Below, in pieces: positions 26,361-40,011 of a stretch of 64,000 bases of DNA. The stretch is taken from positions 1,998,537 through 2,062,536 of the forward strand of contig NC_068993.1 in assembly GCF_001194135.2 (NCBI RefSeq), read 5' to 3'. The stretch's first letter is position 1. Every line of letters starts with the position of its first letter. The notes under the pieces were generated by a model that made no database searches, was not told the origin of the DNA, and saw only the letters and a list, made by a program, of their open reading frames with translations. The DNA comes from Octopus bimaculoides. Its lineage: Eukaryota. The position numbers were made by a program, and so were the translations under genes.

Positions 26361-26804
26361 ATCGTCCAATCATTCGCCATGCTGGGCCTCTGAACTCTAC
26401 ATATTTTTCTTCATTCTCTCTCTATTTATTTCCTCTTATTCCTTTCTGTTGAAGAGCATAAGCTCGAAACATAAAAGACTTTTTCATTTTTCCCGAATCA
26501 AACTAATACACTTGCTTGTTCTTACACCTGTCTTCGTCTTTTGCTTTTCTATAAAATTGAACTATATATATATCGCAAGATGTTGTGGTAGTTTTGATTG
26601 CGTGACACACTGCATCTGCACAGGAAATGTCGATTTGATGGAATGAGTGAGCTAATGTCCAGCACATAAATTTAATCACTATAAACAGATCATGTAAGCA
26701 GCGTGTTGAACAAAAGCTGCTGACACCTCTTCAATCGTTTACGACTACACATTTCATCCTATGTGTGTATATGTATATGTCTATAACAGGGGGAATAAGT
26801 TGGA

Positions 26805-26975
26805 AACGGTTGATTAGCGGAAGCTTTAGCCTATCAGGAATAATGCTACTTTCAGTTATGTCCCTTTGCCTATGAAGTTCGAATCCCGCCAATATTAACT
26901 TTATTCATCACCCTGTTGGGGCCGATACTTGAAGAACCAGTGAAGTACTGGGGTCGTCATAGTCGACGGTTTCCG
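26805..26975 (+). mobile_element. Diverged SINE family 2 copy
   Basis: B box gaagttcgaatcccgcc; ...ccagtgaagtactggggtcg. Confidence 0.65.
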
Positions 26976-27113
26976 TCTCTGAAATTTCTGGATTCATATC
27001 TGTACTGAATATATTTGTGTGTATATATGTGTTCGGATAATGGTGAAATTTCGATACGACGAACTTTTCAGTATAATGATATTTTGCTCTTCCTTATTGT
27101 TACTCCATTGGTT

Positions 27114-27294
27114 CCAACTAACTAATCAATCGTTCGTTTAATGGGATGGTTAAGCAATCAATCGGCTGTTTGTTAGTCAGTCCTTTCGTGTGTCGCTGAG
27201 AAGGTCACGAATAGCGACAAAAGGACTTTGATTAACAAACAACCGATTGATTCTTTAATCAGCACATTAAGCAAAAGATCGATTGGTCAGTTGG
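27114..27294. repeat. Long imperfect inverted repeat (fold-back, about 180 nt)
   Basis: Inner arms aatcaatcggctgtttgttagtca / tgattaacaaacaaccgattgatt have 2 mismatches in 24; the outer 42-bp arms match at 31/42; the spacer holds further stems gtccttt/aaaggac and tgtcgct/agcgaca. Confidence 0.85.
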
Positions 27295-27823
27295 TCAGAT
27301 ACAATTTTTCAAACTCTGGCTATAATTCCATTCAAGCAATGCGGAGTTTCTTCAATAAGCAATATTGCAGTACAACGACACAGAATTCAGTAACTAGCAG
27401 GCAAACTTTCTCGTTATAACGGAGAAAAAAATGAAATATTTTGGAGACAGACCTATAAAGATAGACATAGAAACGATAAAGAATATCAATCACAGACTAC
27501 AAAAATGATGTGTGGTTGGATCGAATTTGGAAGAGAAACCTCTGATACTTTAACAAATGAGATGGTCCCCGATGAAACGCTTTTGCTTAACTAATGGTTC
27601 ATGTATTATAGAAAATATTCTGATACATTACTGCCCTTGCTGTTCAACTTAAACTATTTTTTATCGTATACACAAGAAATTGAGTTTGCCATTTGGTTTC
27701 AGTGATCTTAGAGCGAATTTTTCTTTTTGAGGGATACTATCTTTTATATCCTGCCATCTTCGTTGTAACGGAATGTCATCTGTGTATTTATGTTATAGTT
27801 CTGTATTTAAATAGATAGTTATG

Positions 27824-27863
<40 letters not shown>

Positions 27864-28953
27864 AATTTTCACTAAATGTAATTAAGGTGTTAGAAAACAA
27901 CTGCATTACTAGAAATAAGAGCTACTCCGCCTTAATGGTGTAGTTAGCGCAGATGAATGAAAACATATACAGTAACGGTGACCATAATCGTCCGAATAAG
28001 AGCCGATCGACAATTCTCAATACCGTATGTATACATACATACATACATACATACATACATACATGCATACATATATGNNNNNNNNNNTATATATATATAT
28101 GTTTGTATATCCTGTATATCTATCTATCTATCAATCTATATGTACTCATATATAGATTGAGTATTTATTTGTGTATATGCATGTGTGAGTAATGTTTGTG
28201 TGTGTTTGTACAAGTGTGAAATCATGGGAATACTATACTCATGTAGTTCCCATTGACTGCAGACAAATTCTTTGTTTCTAAAAGAATGCATTTTTGTGCA
28301 CCAGTAACCTCAAAGCCAGTCGATGCTCTTCGCTTCAGATATTCGACATGTTACAATAAGGCTGCTTCCGGTTCACACAAAAATGAGAAACACAAAAAGT
28401 ACCATTGCACTTAAAAGCTGAAAAAAATTAAAAACTGAAAACAAAGAACAATGAAACTATTCCATGCTTTGTTTTTTTTTCTAATTATTTGCTTATTTAT
28501 TAATCTAAGTTTTAATTTTTACATTTGCTCATTCCTGAAGTTGTTTTATTTTCTCACTTTTTTGTTCGGTGTTATGATGTGCCATGTTTATTTTACGTTT
28601 CTGTTACTGCTGTTATTGACGATGTGGCTGCTGTTGTTTCTCCAGTTAATATAATGCATTCTAGTTGTTTGTGCGTTTCCTCTCCACTTATTTTCATGTT
28701 TTTCTCATCAAATGCAAAATAACATTATTTTCTTCGCTATTTTTTCAGGCCTGTCGATGTCAAGTATCAAAATGTCAGACAATGGCTCATCGTGTTTTGT
28801 TAATATTTTTATCCTCATTGTTGTCACTCTCATTGGCGGTATCCAACTCTTCCTCATTGTTCCCCTTCTCTTACTCCTGCTCCCTCCCTTCCAGCACTTC
28901 ATCATCATCACCATCATCTGCATCACGACCATCATCTGCATCATCGTCATTGT

Positions 28954-28989
<36 letters not shown>

Positions 28990-29076
28990 CATAATAATAA
29001 TAATAATGATAACTTCATTATTGGCCATAAAAACAAGTAGGGACAATACAAAAAAAAATATTTACATGCTTTTGAA

Positions 29077-29217
29077 TTCAAATTCCGCCGAGGTCAACTT
29101 TGCCTTTCATTCTGTCAGGGTCGATAAATTTAGTACCAGTTGCGTACTGGGGTCGGTCTAATCGACTGGCCCCCGACCCCCAAAATTTCGGGCCTTGTGC
29201 CTAGAGTAGAAAAGAAT
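29077..29217 (+). mobile_element. SINE family 2, 5'-truncated, young-looking copy
   Basis: ttcaaattccgccgaggtcaactttgcctttcatt...gtaccagttgcgtactggggtc...cccaaaatttcgggccttgtgcctagagtagaaaaga. Confidence 0.9.
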
Positions 29218-29959
29218 ATTTGCAGGCTATAGTCTTCCATATACATACTAGGTGCACAGTACTATATGTCGGGATTTCACATGAGTTGAAAACTTATATT
29301 TGCTATGAGAGACCATACCTTATATTTAATAGACGTTGCCTAGTAACCCTGGCATATTTTGAAAACTTTTAAACATTTATAATTTATCCAGATAATATAT
29401 GCAGGAAATGATAACTACCATAGCTATCTTTAAGAAATTAATATCGGCATACAATCAATACAACAACGAGAGCAATGGCTAATTTTAATAACCCATCTAA
29501 TTTTGTTAACATTGATTCGAAATAACGATCAGTGTTTATTAAGAATTACATTTTTCCAAGTTATTACAATCTGTAATTCAACGAGAAAAATAAAACAAAC
29601 AAACCATAAAAAAAAAACACCTTACAAATTGGTGAGTCTCCAAGATTCAATTACGGAACTAAACTCGATGAAAAATGAACTTTATAAATAAAATCATGTG
29701 GGAAATTACATGTTAATCTTAAGTCATGCTAGACATTCATAAATCAAATGTTCTTTAATCATTTCCACGAGTTGAGAACTATTTCAATGGTTTCTTAGTC
29801 TTTCGAATTGGCTGCCCCATAATTATTTCTCCAATTAGTAAACACGTTTCCAATCATTTTACCATTGCTGAAAGATAATATCTATTCCATCAACGCCAGC
29901 AGTCTTTTTATCATCCGGCACCGCCTCAACACTTTCTTCTTATCTTCCTCACTATCATT

Positions 29960-30290
29960 ATAATCATCATTATTGCCGTAGCTGTCGTCGTTCTAGTCAC
30001 CGTCTCCGCCACCATCGCTGTCACCATCGCACCGCCGTCAATACCGACACCGTGGTGGTGGTGATGGTGATGATGATGAGGATGAGGATGATGTTCATTA
30101 TCAATCAACATCATCATCAGCAGCAGCATAATCGTCGTCGTCGTCGTCATCATCATCATCATTATCGTCGTCGTCATCATCATCATCATTATCATCGTCG
30201 TCGTCATCATCATCATCGTCATCATCATCATCATCATCACCATCACCGTCGCCGCTGTCGTTGTCGTCGTCATCATCAATATTGTCCATT
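29960..30290. repeat. Compound (CAT)/(CGT)/(GAT)/(CAC)n trinucleotide region
   Basis: Seen directly; source of the poly-H/R/D/M ORFs. Confidence 0.95.
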
Positions 30291-31504
30291 TCCTTTCCTT
30301 CTGTTTTCCTTTCTTTTCCTTCTTTCTCCTTCCATGTTCTGCTCCCATTCCATGCTTCAACGTTCTTTTTCAATCTCGAGTTTAAATAAAATAATGCCAA
30401 ATATTGAATTAGATTCACACATGTGCTGACTATCAACTGCTTGTATTCACACGAAGAAATCTGTGAGGCTCGAAGATTTTTAACTTCCATATTTTCCCGC
30501 TGCCAAAATACTGATATTTAGTGGTTGGCGTATGTTTGAACCACGCCACAATAAACATACGCCAAACACTAAACATCATTATATTATGGCTGTACAATAA
30601 TAATGTGATTAGAACAATATATTGTAGCTCTCTTTGATCAACAAATTAAGTACCAGTCATATTGTCATACAATCCTGTTCTGCATAGTTGGTCATGTGCC
30701 TAATATCACAATTAAAATGTTATCCTTACTTTTTCTACTCTGTACTGGCAACGTCTCTCCATGTTCTTCACAACTGGTGTAATTTCTGTAAACTCTAGCT
30801 TACGAAGAGGCCTATGTCATTTGCCGTTCCACTCCAATCCTGAGCAAAAGCAAAAAAAGCAAAATAAGTCTAAAACTCAAAGCTTTTCTCAACTTGTCAA
30901 CATATGCAAAAAATTCTGCTGATTAAATTCACGGCAGAGCCATGTGTTGACATTGACGAAGAGAAACTGACGAAACGGACCTCATGACTTGTAAAAGGTG
31001 TTCAACTGTTTTAAATATCTTAAACACAATTTTATTAAGGAAGACAGGATGAGGAGTAAAGTTGATGTTGAAGTCGAACCGATGAAGAAATCTATATATT
31101 ACTATGTAACCGTGGCCATAGGAATACAATCACAAAATAACGTGCACATTTCTATCATTATCGTTTATATTCATTGGGCGCTCAAAAAACAAAATGTCAA
31201 GGAGAATGATACATGGGATAACATCCATACAGAAAAGAAGGAGTTGCTTAGCAGATTAGATTATTGAGTGCAAGGGCCGAGGGACGAACCTCAACAGAGA
31301 ATGCTTGCTAAAGGATTTGAACCTTTGCTGCATTAGTAGATAATTATGAAAAGAAGAAAATGCACCAATCCTTTTTACACCACGATTGGGAAAAACTATC
31401 CTAGTGAGACTTCGATATTTCATTTTGCTTCCATAACAGAGACTGACAGTCTGAATAAACGGCGAAATCACTACCAACAGAATTGGAATACTGTATGTAC
31501 ATAT

Positions 31505-31561
<57 letters not shown>

Positions 31562-31690
31562 NNNNNNNNNNNNNNNNNNNNNNNNNNNNNNNNNNNNNNN
31601 NNNNNNNNNNNNNNNNNNNNNNNNNNNNNNNNNNNNNNNNNNNNNNNNNNNNNNNNNNNNNNNNNNNNNNNNNNNNNNNNNNNNNTCTCT

Positions 31691-31725
<35 letters not shown>

Positions 31726-32937
31726 TATATACATACATACATACTTACATATATATGTATACGTATAATATATACTGTATGCGCGCACAATCACGCACAC
31801 ACAGACTTTTCCACCTCTGTTACATTTTACTAATAACTAACGTTTATAATGATTTCATGCAGAAAGTTTTCCTCTCGAAAACACTTTTATACCACACTTG
31901 TTACATCTACATTATATATTTGTTGCAGAAGACATTTTCCTTTCAACAAATATTACATAATGATATATTATATTCCAAACAACTGTATCTTCCATTCTCA
32001 GTTCTTCCGACACATATACGGCTTCACTTACCAAAATGCTTTTAAGCCTAATGTTCAAAACTGTTATTAAGTTCGACTGTTTTTAACCTCGAAGTTTTCT
32101 TTATTTAGTGTTATTGTTAACGATATATTTCTCGCTAAATACGATTCTGTATTATATCCAGCCGATTCACTCAAAGTATTCTATATTTACCTACTTATTT
32201 TTATTGGCAGGCCCAGAGGGAGATTTGCCGATCGTTCAGATCTGACCCTTAAAACGTAATTGAATCCAATTTGATCAGTACAAAAGATATAAGTGAGCAG
32301 ATTTGCCGGTTAATCGTACTTTCCTAATAGTTGTAAGTTTCGAAACGAACTTACAATTTCGCATTAAACATAACATTCCACTTTATCGTTTCTAGATCTC
32401 CGTTTAAAATTAAGTAATGAAGGCATATGGATTCATTAAGCTGTCTTATGTTGATAGCTAACTTCTAATGAAATGATGATAGCAGAGTTAAAACATTGAA
32501 GACTGCAATTCTAGTTAGGATGTTTATAGTCTGCACAGAATAAGACTAGACTCTGCAATAGCTAGGTTAATGGGAATATTACTGGTTGAATTGAAACCTA
32601 AAATCGCTCTCTATTCTGTTTATAATCTATACTTTATTTAAAAGTTATCAGCAAATATGTAATTCGTAAATATCGGTTTATAATATTAGTCAGTGTAGAC
32701 TTAATAATTACTACCTTTTAGTATAAGCTACATACTCGACACTAATTAATAAACTGCTTTATTATAGCATAAATATGGACAGTTTGGAAACTAACGACTT
32801 CTGTTTCTAGATTTGTGTTCTCTGTTGTCCTCCAGACTCCCAATGGAGTATAGCAGATGTCTTGACATTTAGCATGCTTTGAGCTTATAAACATAAGTCA
32901 ACCTTCTGCACCTATGACCAGAGCAGATTTCATTCAG

Positions 32938-33027
32938 AACAAATGACAAGACTCGGGTCTTGTGCTTCAATCCCGAGGTGAAGAAAAGCGAACGTAACGT
33001 GACATCAGCGAAAATTGAATTCAAGAT
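32938..33027 (+). CDS. Candidate exon TNDKTRVLCFNPEVKKSERNVTSAKIEFK (phase 2-2); TGF-beta/BMP prodomain-like
   Basis: Acceptor tttcattcag| and donor |gtaaga just before an in-frame TAA; only one frame is open; locally GC-rich. Aligns without gaps to BMP2 KTTRRFFFNLSSIPTEEFITSAELQVF as recalled (shared T-R, F-N, E, T-S-A). Confidence 0.5.
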
Positions 33028-33267
33028 GTAAGAATCTGAAACTGTTATTGACAGTAATTCTATTACATGTTCGAGCGCTTCTATCATTCTTACGCCTTAG
33101 AATATGTTATTCTTGCTTCGAGAACTATACAGCTAATTTGGTGAGATTAAACGAGAACTTTCAGTTATGCGAATAATCTAATTTGTAATTTGTCCCTTTT
33201 AAAATTGATCTGTCTAAAGAATATGGTAGCGCCTACGATGGCGCTTACAACACCGGCGTCACACTAG

Positions 33268-33440
33268 GGGTCGGTGAGATTAAGGATTCTCTTGAATATA
33301 AATGGGGTCAGGACTGAAGGAAAACCACGGACAAGGACAAGGATAGAGAATGTATTTTCTGGGAAGAAAGAGCTGGATATAGCGGTAAGAGAGAGAAGAT
33401 ACAACATGGCTGAAATGAGATTAGCAGAGATCGTTAAATA
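33268..33440 (+). mobile_element. Possible APE-type endonuclease N-terminal remnant of a LINE
   Basis: RILLNINGVRTEGK...KKELDIAV loosely resembles (I/L)xxxNVNGLR...DIxxxxE. Confidence 0.25.
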
Positions 33441-34278
33441 GAATGGACTGAGTGGTGACAGTAGGAGACTCACCTCGAAGAGAGTTTCTGAATTAGGAGT
33501 ACAAAAGTCTGAGCTACATTAAATAACATGGAGGTAGAATACATACATACATGCTTATATGCATACACGCATAAGCACATACATACATGTATAATACATA
33601 CATGCATACACACACATACATACGTATATGCATATACACACATATATAATTTCTGTAAATGAAAAATTGATGCCTCAAAATTAGTCCTAAAAAGCAAAGT
33701 CTGGCTCTTGACAAATACTAATTACTATGCGAATAATGTAATTATTCGTAAAATCTTTCCTGCCCAATGCCGTTGAATGATACGATACTTTATAATTTTG
33801 GCAATGGTCTATTAAGTTAAGGTCAGTACGTGACAGGTACTTTATTTTGTAGACCCTGGAAGAGGATTTAAATTCACAACATCCCTTCTGTTGCTCTCCA
33901 CTGAATTTAAGTTATTCTATGTGATGAAGTAAAATTTTCCCTGAAAGGCACGAATGCATCGAAATAGCTTTTCTGGAAAATTTATAAACCTGACACATAA
34001 TGTTGTCAAAGTAATGAACCAATGATTAGACAGGTTTCCAAAACCTACATTTCAACGTCGAACTCCATCAGTAACTTGAATGCAGAGAAAGTTTTACCTT
34101 TGTTCCTGAACCAGTTTATTGAGTATTTCAGAAGCTAAACAAGTGTCGGGAATTGAATCAGCGAAATACAAATAAAAGCAACAAACCATCGCAGATTCAA
34201 TGCAATATGGATATTCTTCTGTGAATCTGTCGGGATGACGCAAGTTTAGGTGAGTACAATAGCAGTAATTACATCAGA

Positions 34279-34316
<38 letters not shown>

Positions 34317-35244
34317 GAGAGAGAGGGTAGGAAAGACAGAGATAAAAGGAGGGGAATAAAGAGGGAATTTCGAAGTTTGTCCAAACGCCGAAATGAAGCA
34401 ATGATGTCCTCCTATCAAATGTAAAGAAAGAATAAACTTGTCGTCTCTACCTATTTTGCTAATGTCAGTATTCACCAACACGTATTAATTATTAATACGT
34501 CAAATATCAACACAGTGCCTGCGTCTTAAATGTTCTTTAGAATAAATGTGAAAGTGAAAAAGAATAAGTAAAAGGTGTACCGAAAATCCAAAATGTATTT
34601 CTTTTCTTGTTTGATTTAGTAATGCTTTCAATTTTAGGCAATTATGATATCACTTTTATGAAATATAAGAAAAAGCAATGGTGGACCTCCGTCAGTCAGC
34701 ACAATGGCCATACATATCTTCGACTGAGCTCCAACCCGAGAACTTTTAAGTAGAAAAGTATTCGATAGATGAGTATAACTTAATAAGCAAGCCAAATGAA
34801 TATGATATATGGGTTAAATTGATAGATTGAAAAGAGGGCAATTGCAAAACAAAAGTATAAAATAAGACTTGAAAGAACATATAGTATAAGAGATAAAGGG
34901 TATGGTGTGATAGAAGGACGAAAACCAAAAGTTGTAGCAATCGAAGCAAAACTGGAAAGACATGAGAGTAGAACAAATCAATTTAGGCAAAAAATTATCC
35001 TCATTCTGATTCTGACCTTTATTTCTCCAGATTAGGCACCGTTTTCCTGTACCATGAACCATGTTCTATAATATACTGCATAATATCGCGTATTGAACAC
35101 AACATTGCAAATACTGAAAGTTACAAAAAACAAAATAAAAATTTAGTTGGTATAACAAAACATATATTGGTTATGAATTAAAAACACACCGGTCAGTGTA
35201 AACAACTTTTGTCCTTCTAAGCCTCTTGTGCGGAGTGTGATCTT

Positions 35245-35720
35245 TGTTATACCCCAGCAGTAGTCTACCAACATGCCAGGCTTCCATTTCCATCACTGAA
35301 ATATCCTGATGGAATCTTTCGCCATGTTCATCACTCACACCACCAAGATTTTCTGCAAAAAATCCAAATGAGAGTGAAGCACATGAATTTTTAGAGACAT
35401 GTTACATCCCATATCAGGATACTGACTCAGCAGATCATTCACAACTTGCACATAGTCTTTTGAACGATGCTGGCCCAGGAAGTTATCGCAAACTTTCTTG
35501 AATGACTCAAAGGCAAGCTTCTCTTTTCTCCTGAGATGTGTGATGAAGGTTTCATCAAGTACAATTTTTCAAATTTGGGGACCTATGAAGAAACCTTCTT
35601 TAATTTTAGATTGACTCACGAAAGGGACCTTTTTTGCAAGATATGCAAATGCAGAAGATTCCTTGTTCAAGGCTTTCACAAATTGCTTAAACGAACCAAG
35701 TTTAATATGCAAAGGTGGTA
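35245..35720 (-). mobile_element. DNA transposase C-terminal remnant, probably CMC/Chapaev3-type
   Basis: Minus strand: PPLHIKLGSFKQFVKALNK...SKIKEGFFIGPQI*...KEKLAFESFKKVCDNFLG...GCNMSLKIHVLHSHLDF/FAENLGGVSDEHGERFHQDISVME/WKPGMLVDYCWG, with stops and frameshifts. The motif set is unmistakable; the superfamily name is from memory. Confidence 0.85.
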
Positions 35721-36050
35721 AAAATTGTTAACACTTATCATTATTTCGAACTTTTCATTTTAGGCTTCAAATTATTTCTATAGTTCAGGTTGTGGAGAGC
35801 GTAACCATCGAACTCCTTTTACGATGTAAAAATCCTGAATACTCCTTTTTGATAATACTTCTATTCCATACATAAATCGGTCAAAATATATTATATTATA
35901 TTTCGTATGTGTATGCATAATGCCTCTCCCAAGGTTTAATTGTATATTATATTTTTTTTGATATATAATAAATATAGACGTACACACACACGCACATAAA
36001 AGAAATAGATATATGTCCAAATGTATATTCTACAGTAATATATACAAATA

Positions 36051-36082
<32 letters not shown>

Positions 36083-37010
36083 CATACATACATACATATA
36101 TAAATGTACCTACATGGAACAAAATAGAAACCTCATTAAAAAAAATAGAGAATAATTAAGTGTTTATAACAAGAAATATATCAAAAAGATATCCTGTAGA
36201 AAATGAATTTAATCTTTATAAAATCTTCAGCAGAAAAAAATCAATAATTGAAGGAGGGCGACATAATTATTTACTATTTTATAATTTGTAAAGATTTTTC
36301 GAATGGAGAAGATTCCACACAGCAATATAGCAATGTATTTCAAAAGTATAGGTTTATAAGTTATCTTTACATAAAAATTCTTCCAACATCAAGCAGTATG
36401 TCATACAATCTCCGAATAGCATTGTTGGAGGTAAATGTATTATAATATAATAAATGGAAATTATATATATANNNNNNNNNNNNNNNNNNNNNNNNNNNNN
36501 NNNNNNNNNNNNNNNNNNNNNNNNNNNNNNNNNNNNNNNNNNNNNNNNNNNNNNNNNNNNNNNNNNNNNNNNNNNNNNNNNNNNNNNNNNNNNNNNNNNN
36601 NNNNNNNNNNNNNNNNNNNNNNNNNNNNNNNNNNNNNNNNNNNNNNNNNNNNNNNNNNNNNNNNNNNNNNNNNNNNNNNNNNNNNNNNNNNNNNNNNNNN
36701 NNNNNNNNNNNNNNNNNNNNNNNNNNNNNNNNNNNNNNNNNNNNNNNNNNNNNNNNNNNNNNNNNNNNNNNNNNNNNNNNNNNNNNNNNNNNNNNNNNNN
36801 NNNNNNNNNNNNNNNNNNNNNNNNNNNNNNNNNNNNNNNNNNNNNNNNNNNNNNNNNNNNNNNNNNNNNNNNNNNNNNNNNNNNNNNNNNNNNNNNNNNN
36901 NNNNNNNNNNNNNNNNNNNNNNNNNNNNNNNNNNNNNNNNNNNNNNNNNNNNNNNCGTCATTATATCATTGTTAAAAGAAAATATAAAGCAAAATATTCC
37001 CAATTTACTG

Positions 37011-37066
<56 letters not shown>

Positions 37067-37741
37067 GTGTGTGTGTATGTATATATATATATATGTATGT
37101 ATGTATATATATATCTACGTATATATTTCTGTCTCTCTCTGCCTCTCTCTCTTTGTCTGTCTCCGCCTCTGACTTTCTCCCTCACTCTTTCTCTCACTTT
37201 ACACACACACACACGCACACACACACACATACACACACACACAAACGCATACATATTACTGATTTCTGTCCGCATTTTGGGCTGTTGACGTTATATATTA
37301 TATATAGATCTTTTTGTAAAGAACGATCTAAATTATAGATGTTGCGATATCATATAATTCTTCCATCTGAAGTTGACAGCTGTCTTGTAATGTCCAACAC
37401 TGATCGGTTCTGAAGAAACGATGATGCCACCAGAAGCAATAACTCTAGTGTTTTGCATTACAGGTTCTAGAGGTTGATATTGGTGTTTTGCAATTCGTCG
37501 TTCTTTGTAGCAATATTTTCGAGGTAGAAAAGACAGTCACCATTTGTTCTCTGACTTGGATGTGTTGATCTCGTTGTATTTTAAGGTCCACCAATGCTCA
37601 GCTTAATTCCATCAATTTTCCTGTTCATTGACTGGTCTGGAATTAGAGTCTGTAGCCATGAGTTTGAAGAATTGTTGTGCGATAGCTGCGAAGCAGAACC
37701 ACCACCCACCCATAAAACTAAATGAAAAAAATCGGAAAAAT

Positions 37742-37920
37742 AATCCAGAATCTTTGTCCAGTGCCCGATCGATCCCAAAATCTAACCAGTTCGTGCCAGG
37801 CACGAGGTCAAACATCTCTGAAACTTTCATCAGAATCCATCCAGCGGTTCTTGAGATATCTTGTCCACGGACAAACAGGCAAACAAACAAACCTCCGCAT
37901 TAGCGATGGCGGAGGTAATA
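37742..37920 (+). mobile_element. Non-autonomous Helentron/HINE-like element 3' part
   Basis: ...tgaaactttcatcagaatccatccagcggttcttgagatatcttgtccacggacaaacaggcaaacaaacaa, then a terminal hairpin CCTCCGC-attagcgatg-GCGGAGG and taa. (ACAA)n core plus 3' palindrome. Confidence 0.65.
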
Positions 37921-39890
37921 AATCTATTTAAGAAAGGCTGGCGAGAGAGACCAAGCATCTTAAAATTTACTAAAAATACTTTGTGACCATATAAATAGAT
38001 TGAATTTGAAACCGTCGTCTATGAGCCACTTGCTCAACGTATTAAGTACATAGTTATTGCACATTTCTCATAAGCTAACATTAACTGAGCGGAATTTTAA
38101 GCTGGCCAAGTTCAAACAGCTGCTTTACATTTCAGGGCCATAATCTCCTTAGGTTACCGGCACAAATACCTTATTTGCAAAGAAAATATTATAGATATGG
38201 CAAACTGAAAACCAAAAGAAAAAAACATAGCTGGCAAGTTTGGAACAAAAACCCTAAGATTATTGAAAAATCGGTCTAGAAGTATCACTTCTCATTTTGT
38301 AAGCAATATATCTATTGCTGTGCACGCTAGATTAAGCCTAAATCTGCCACCTTTTCCTGAGGTCGTCGACAAAAAATTGATTTATGGCAGTTTTTCATCA
38401 GGAAAACAAAAGGCGAATAAATACGAGGTGTTTTACTTATCAGAACTTCGTGTGAATAAATGAAAATAGCATCAACAGTAACGCCACTATCAATAACAAC
38501 AACAACAACAACATGCGTGTCAGCAGATGCAACAACAATAACAGTAGCTGCTTCTAATAACAACTTTCTCATTATCATCTTCATTTTCCCCTTCTTTCTC
38601 ATGGTTTTTATCATTCTCATTACGAAGAATAACACTTTTAATGTGAAACCGTTAAGCACGGAACCCTACAGTTTCCATCGCATGGTTATAATGTAAATAC
38701 TATATCGCGAAACTCCACACATTCCCTAATTTATTTTCATTGGAGAGGAAACGTGTTGAAACGAATCCGACGTTGTTGTAGTGACCATCAACAACTTCAT
38801 CATTAGTTTGCAAGTCCATTTTCTTTATTAGCTGGTAGTAGTTTCTATTTATTTCAGCATAAATTATAAATTATAACATAATAAAAACCGATATCCGGAT
38901 ACTAGTTCTCTGTACAAGAAATAAATATATATTAATATTTATAAAACGATTTCATTATTACTAATAGGATATAAATATGTTGTTTCTATTTGTTTCTTAA
39001 TATCCATGACCAGATACATTAACTACATCATAATCTTTTATGAATGTATTTTATAATCTGGAGTTCATTTAAAAGATTCCTATACAACCGGGCGTTCTCT
39101 ATAATAGTTGTCTATTTACTTCTGACATCTCTTGTCAACCACAAGCGACTGATACGTTGCTAGTTTAAGTAGGATTAAACATGGGATAATCTCGTTATCA
39201 AACGCTTCCAAACGTTTTACTGTCTTTACCGTCTTGGCGCCGTAAATTCATCTTTGTTTATAATATTTCTTTAAGGTGGATTTGCTCTGGTTTAGAATAA
39301 TAGTTTTCATAAAGCATTGAATGTAAATGGTGTATTTTATCTCGTCATCGTCGTCGTCGTCGGCTATGTGTCGTAGTTCGACATTGACTGTTCGGACAAT
39401 ATGATAGAAGCTTCATAAACGCTTCTCAGCTGAGCCACAAGTCTTCGTGGCAGTCAGAAAAGTTAGTACAAGTAAATGCGCTGCCGAGATAGGTAAAGGC
39501 TTCAGTGTACTTTGAGGGTTCTTCGTATACTATAACTAGCTCAGGGAATAAATACTACATTCACCATTTGTTGGTATTTTGCAATACCAATTTAATGGTC
39601 ACCTTCATGAAGAATATAAATCCTTTCAAAGTCGATTTTCCTTTCAGCTACACAAAGAGGTGTTAATTTCAACATTGCACAATCATAAATTGTACAGTAC
39701 CGACTACTGTAACGAGATATTTCTGTTTAAAACGTTGCGCATATTTATAGTTATTTGGGAACATTACGAACTGAAAATTTACTAAAATATATGGAGTCTA
39801 TGATACGCTATCACAATCTCTGTTTCGGTTCGGAAAGAAAAGCACTTAAGACACTGCGCATTAGGATAAGTGTCAGAGCCTTGGAAGTAC

Positions 39891-40011
39891 TTTGGGAAGC
39901 GAAATTCTCTCCTACACAACCTTTGGGAAGCGAAATTCTCTCCTACACAACCTTTGGGACGCGAAATTCTCTCCTACACAACCTTTGGGAAGCGAAATTC
40001 TCTCCTACACA
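39891..40011. repeat. 31-bp minisatellite, 3.9 copies (TTTGGGAAGCGAAATTCTCTCCTACACAACC)
   Basis: Head-to-tail copies with a single substitution, in copy 3. Confidence 0.97.

Noticed and set aside
34132-34249. Exon-like segment with good acceptor and gtgagt donor
   Set aside because: Stop codons in all three frames.
39891-40011. 31-bp repeats as a CRISPR array
   Set aside because: No spacers (head-to-tail repeats), eukaryotic context, and no cas genes.
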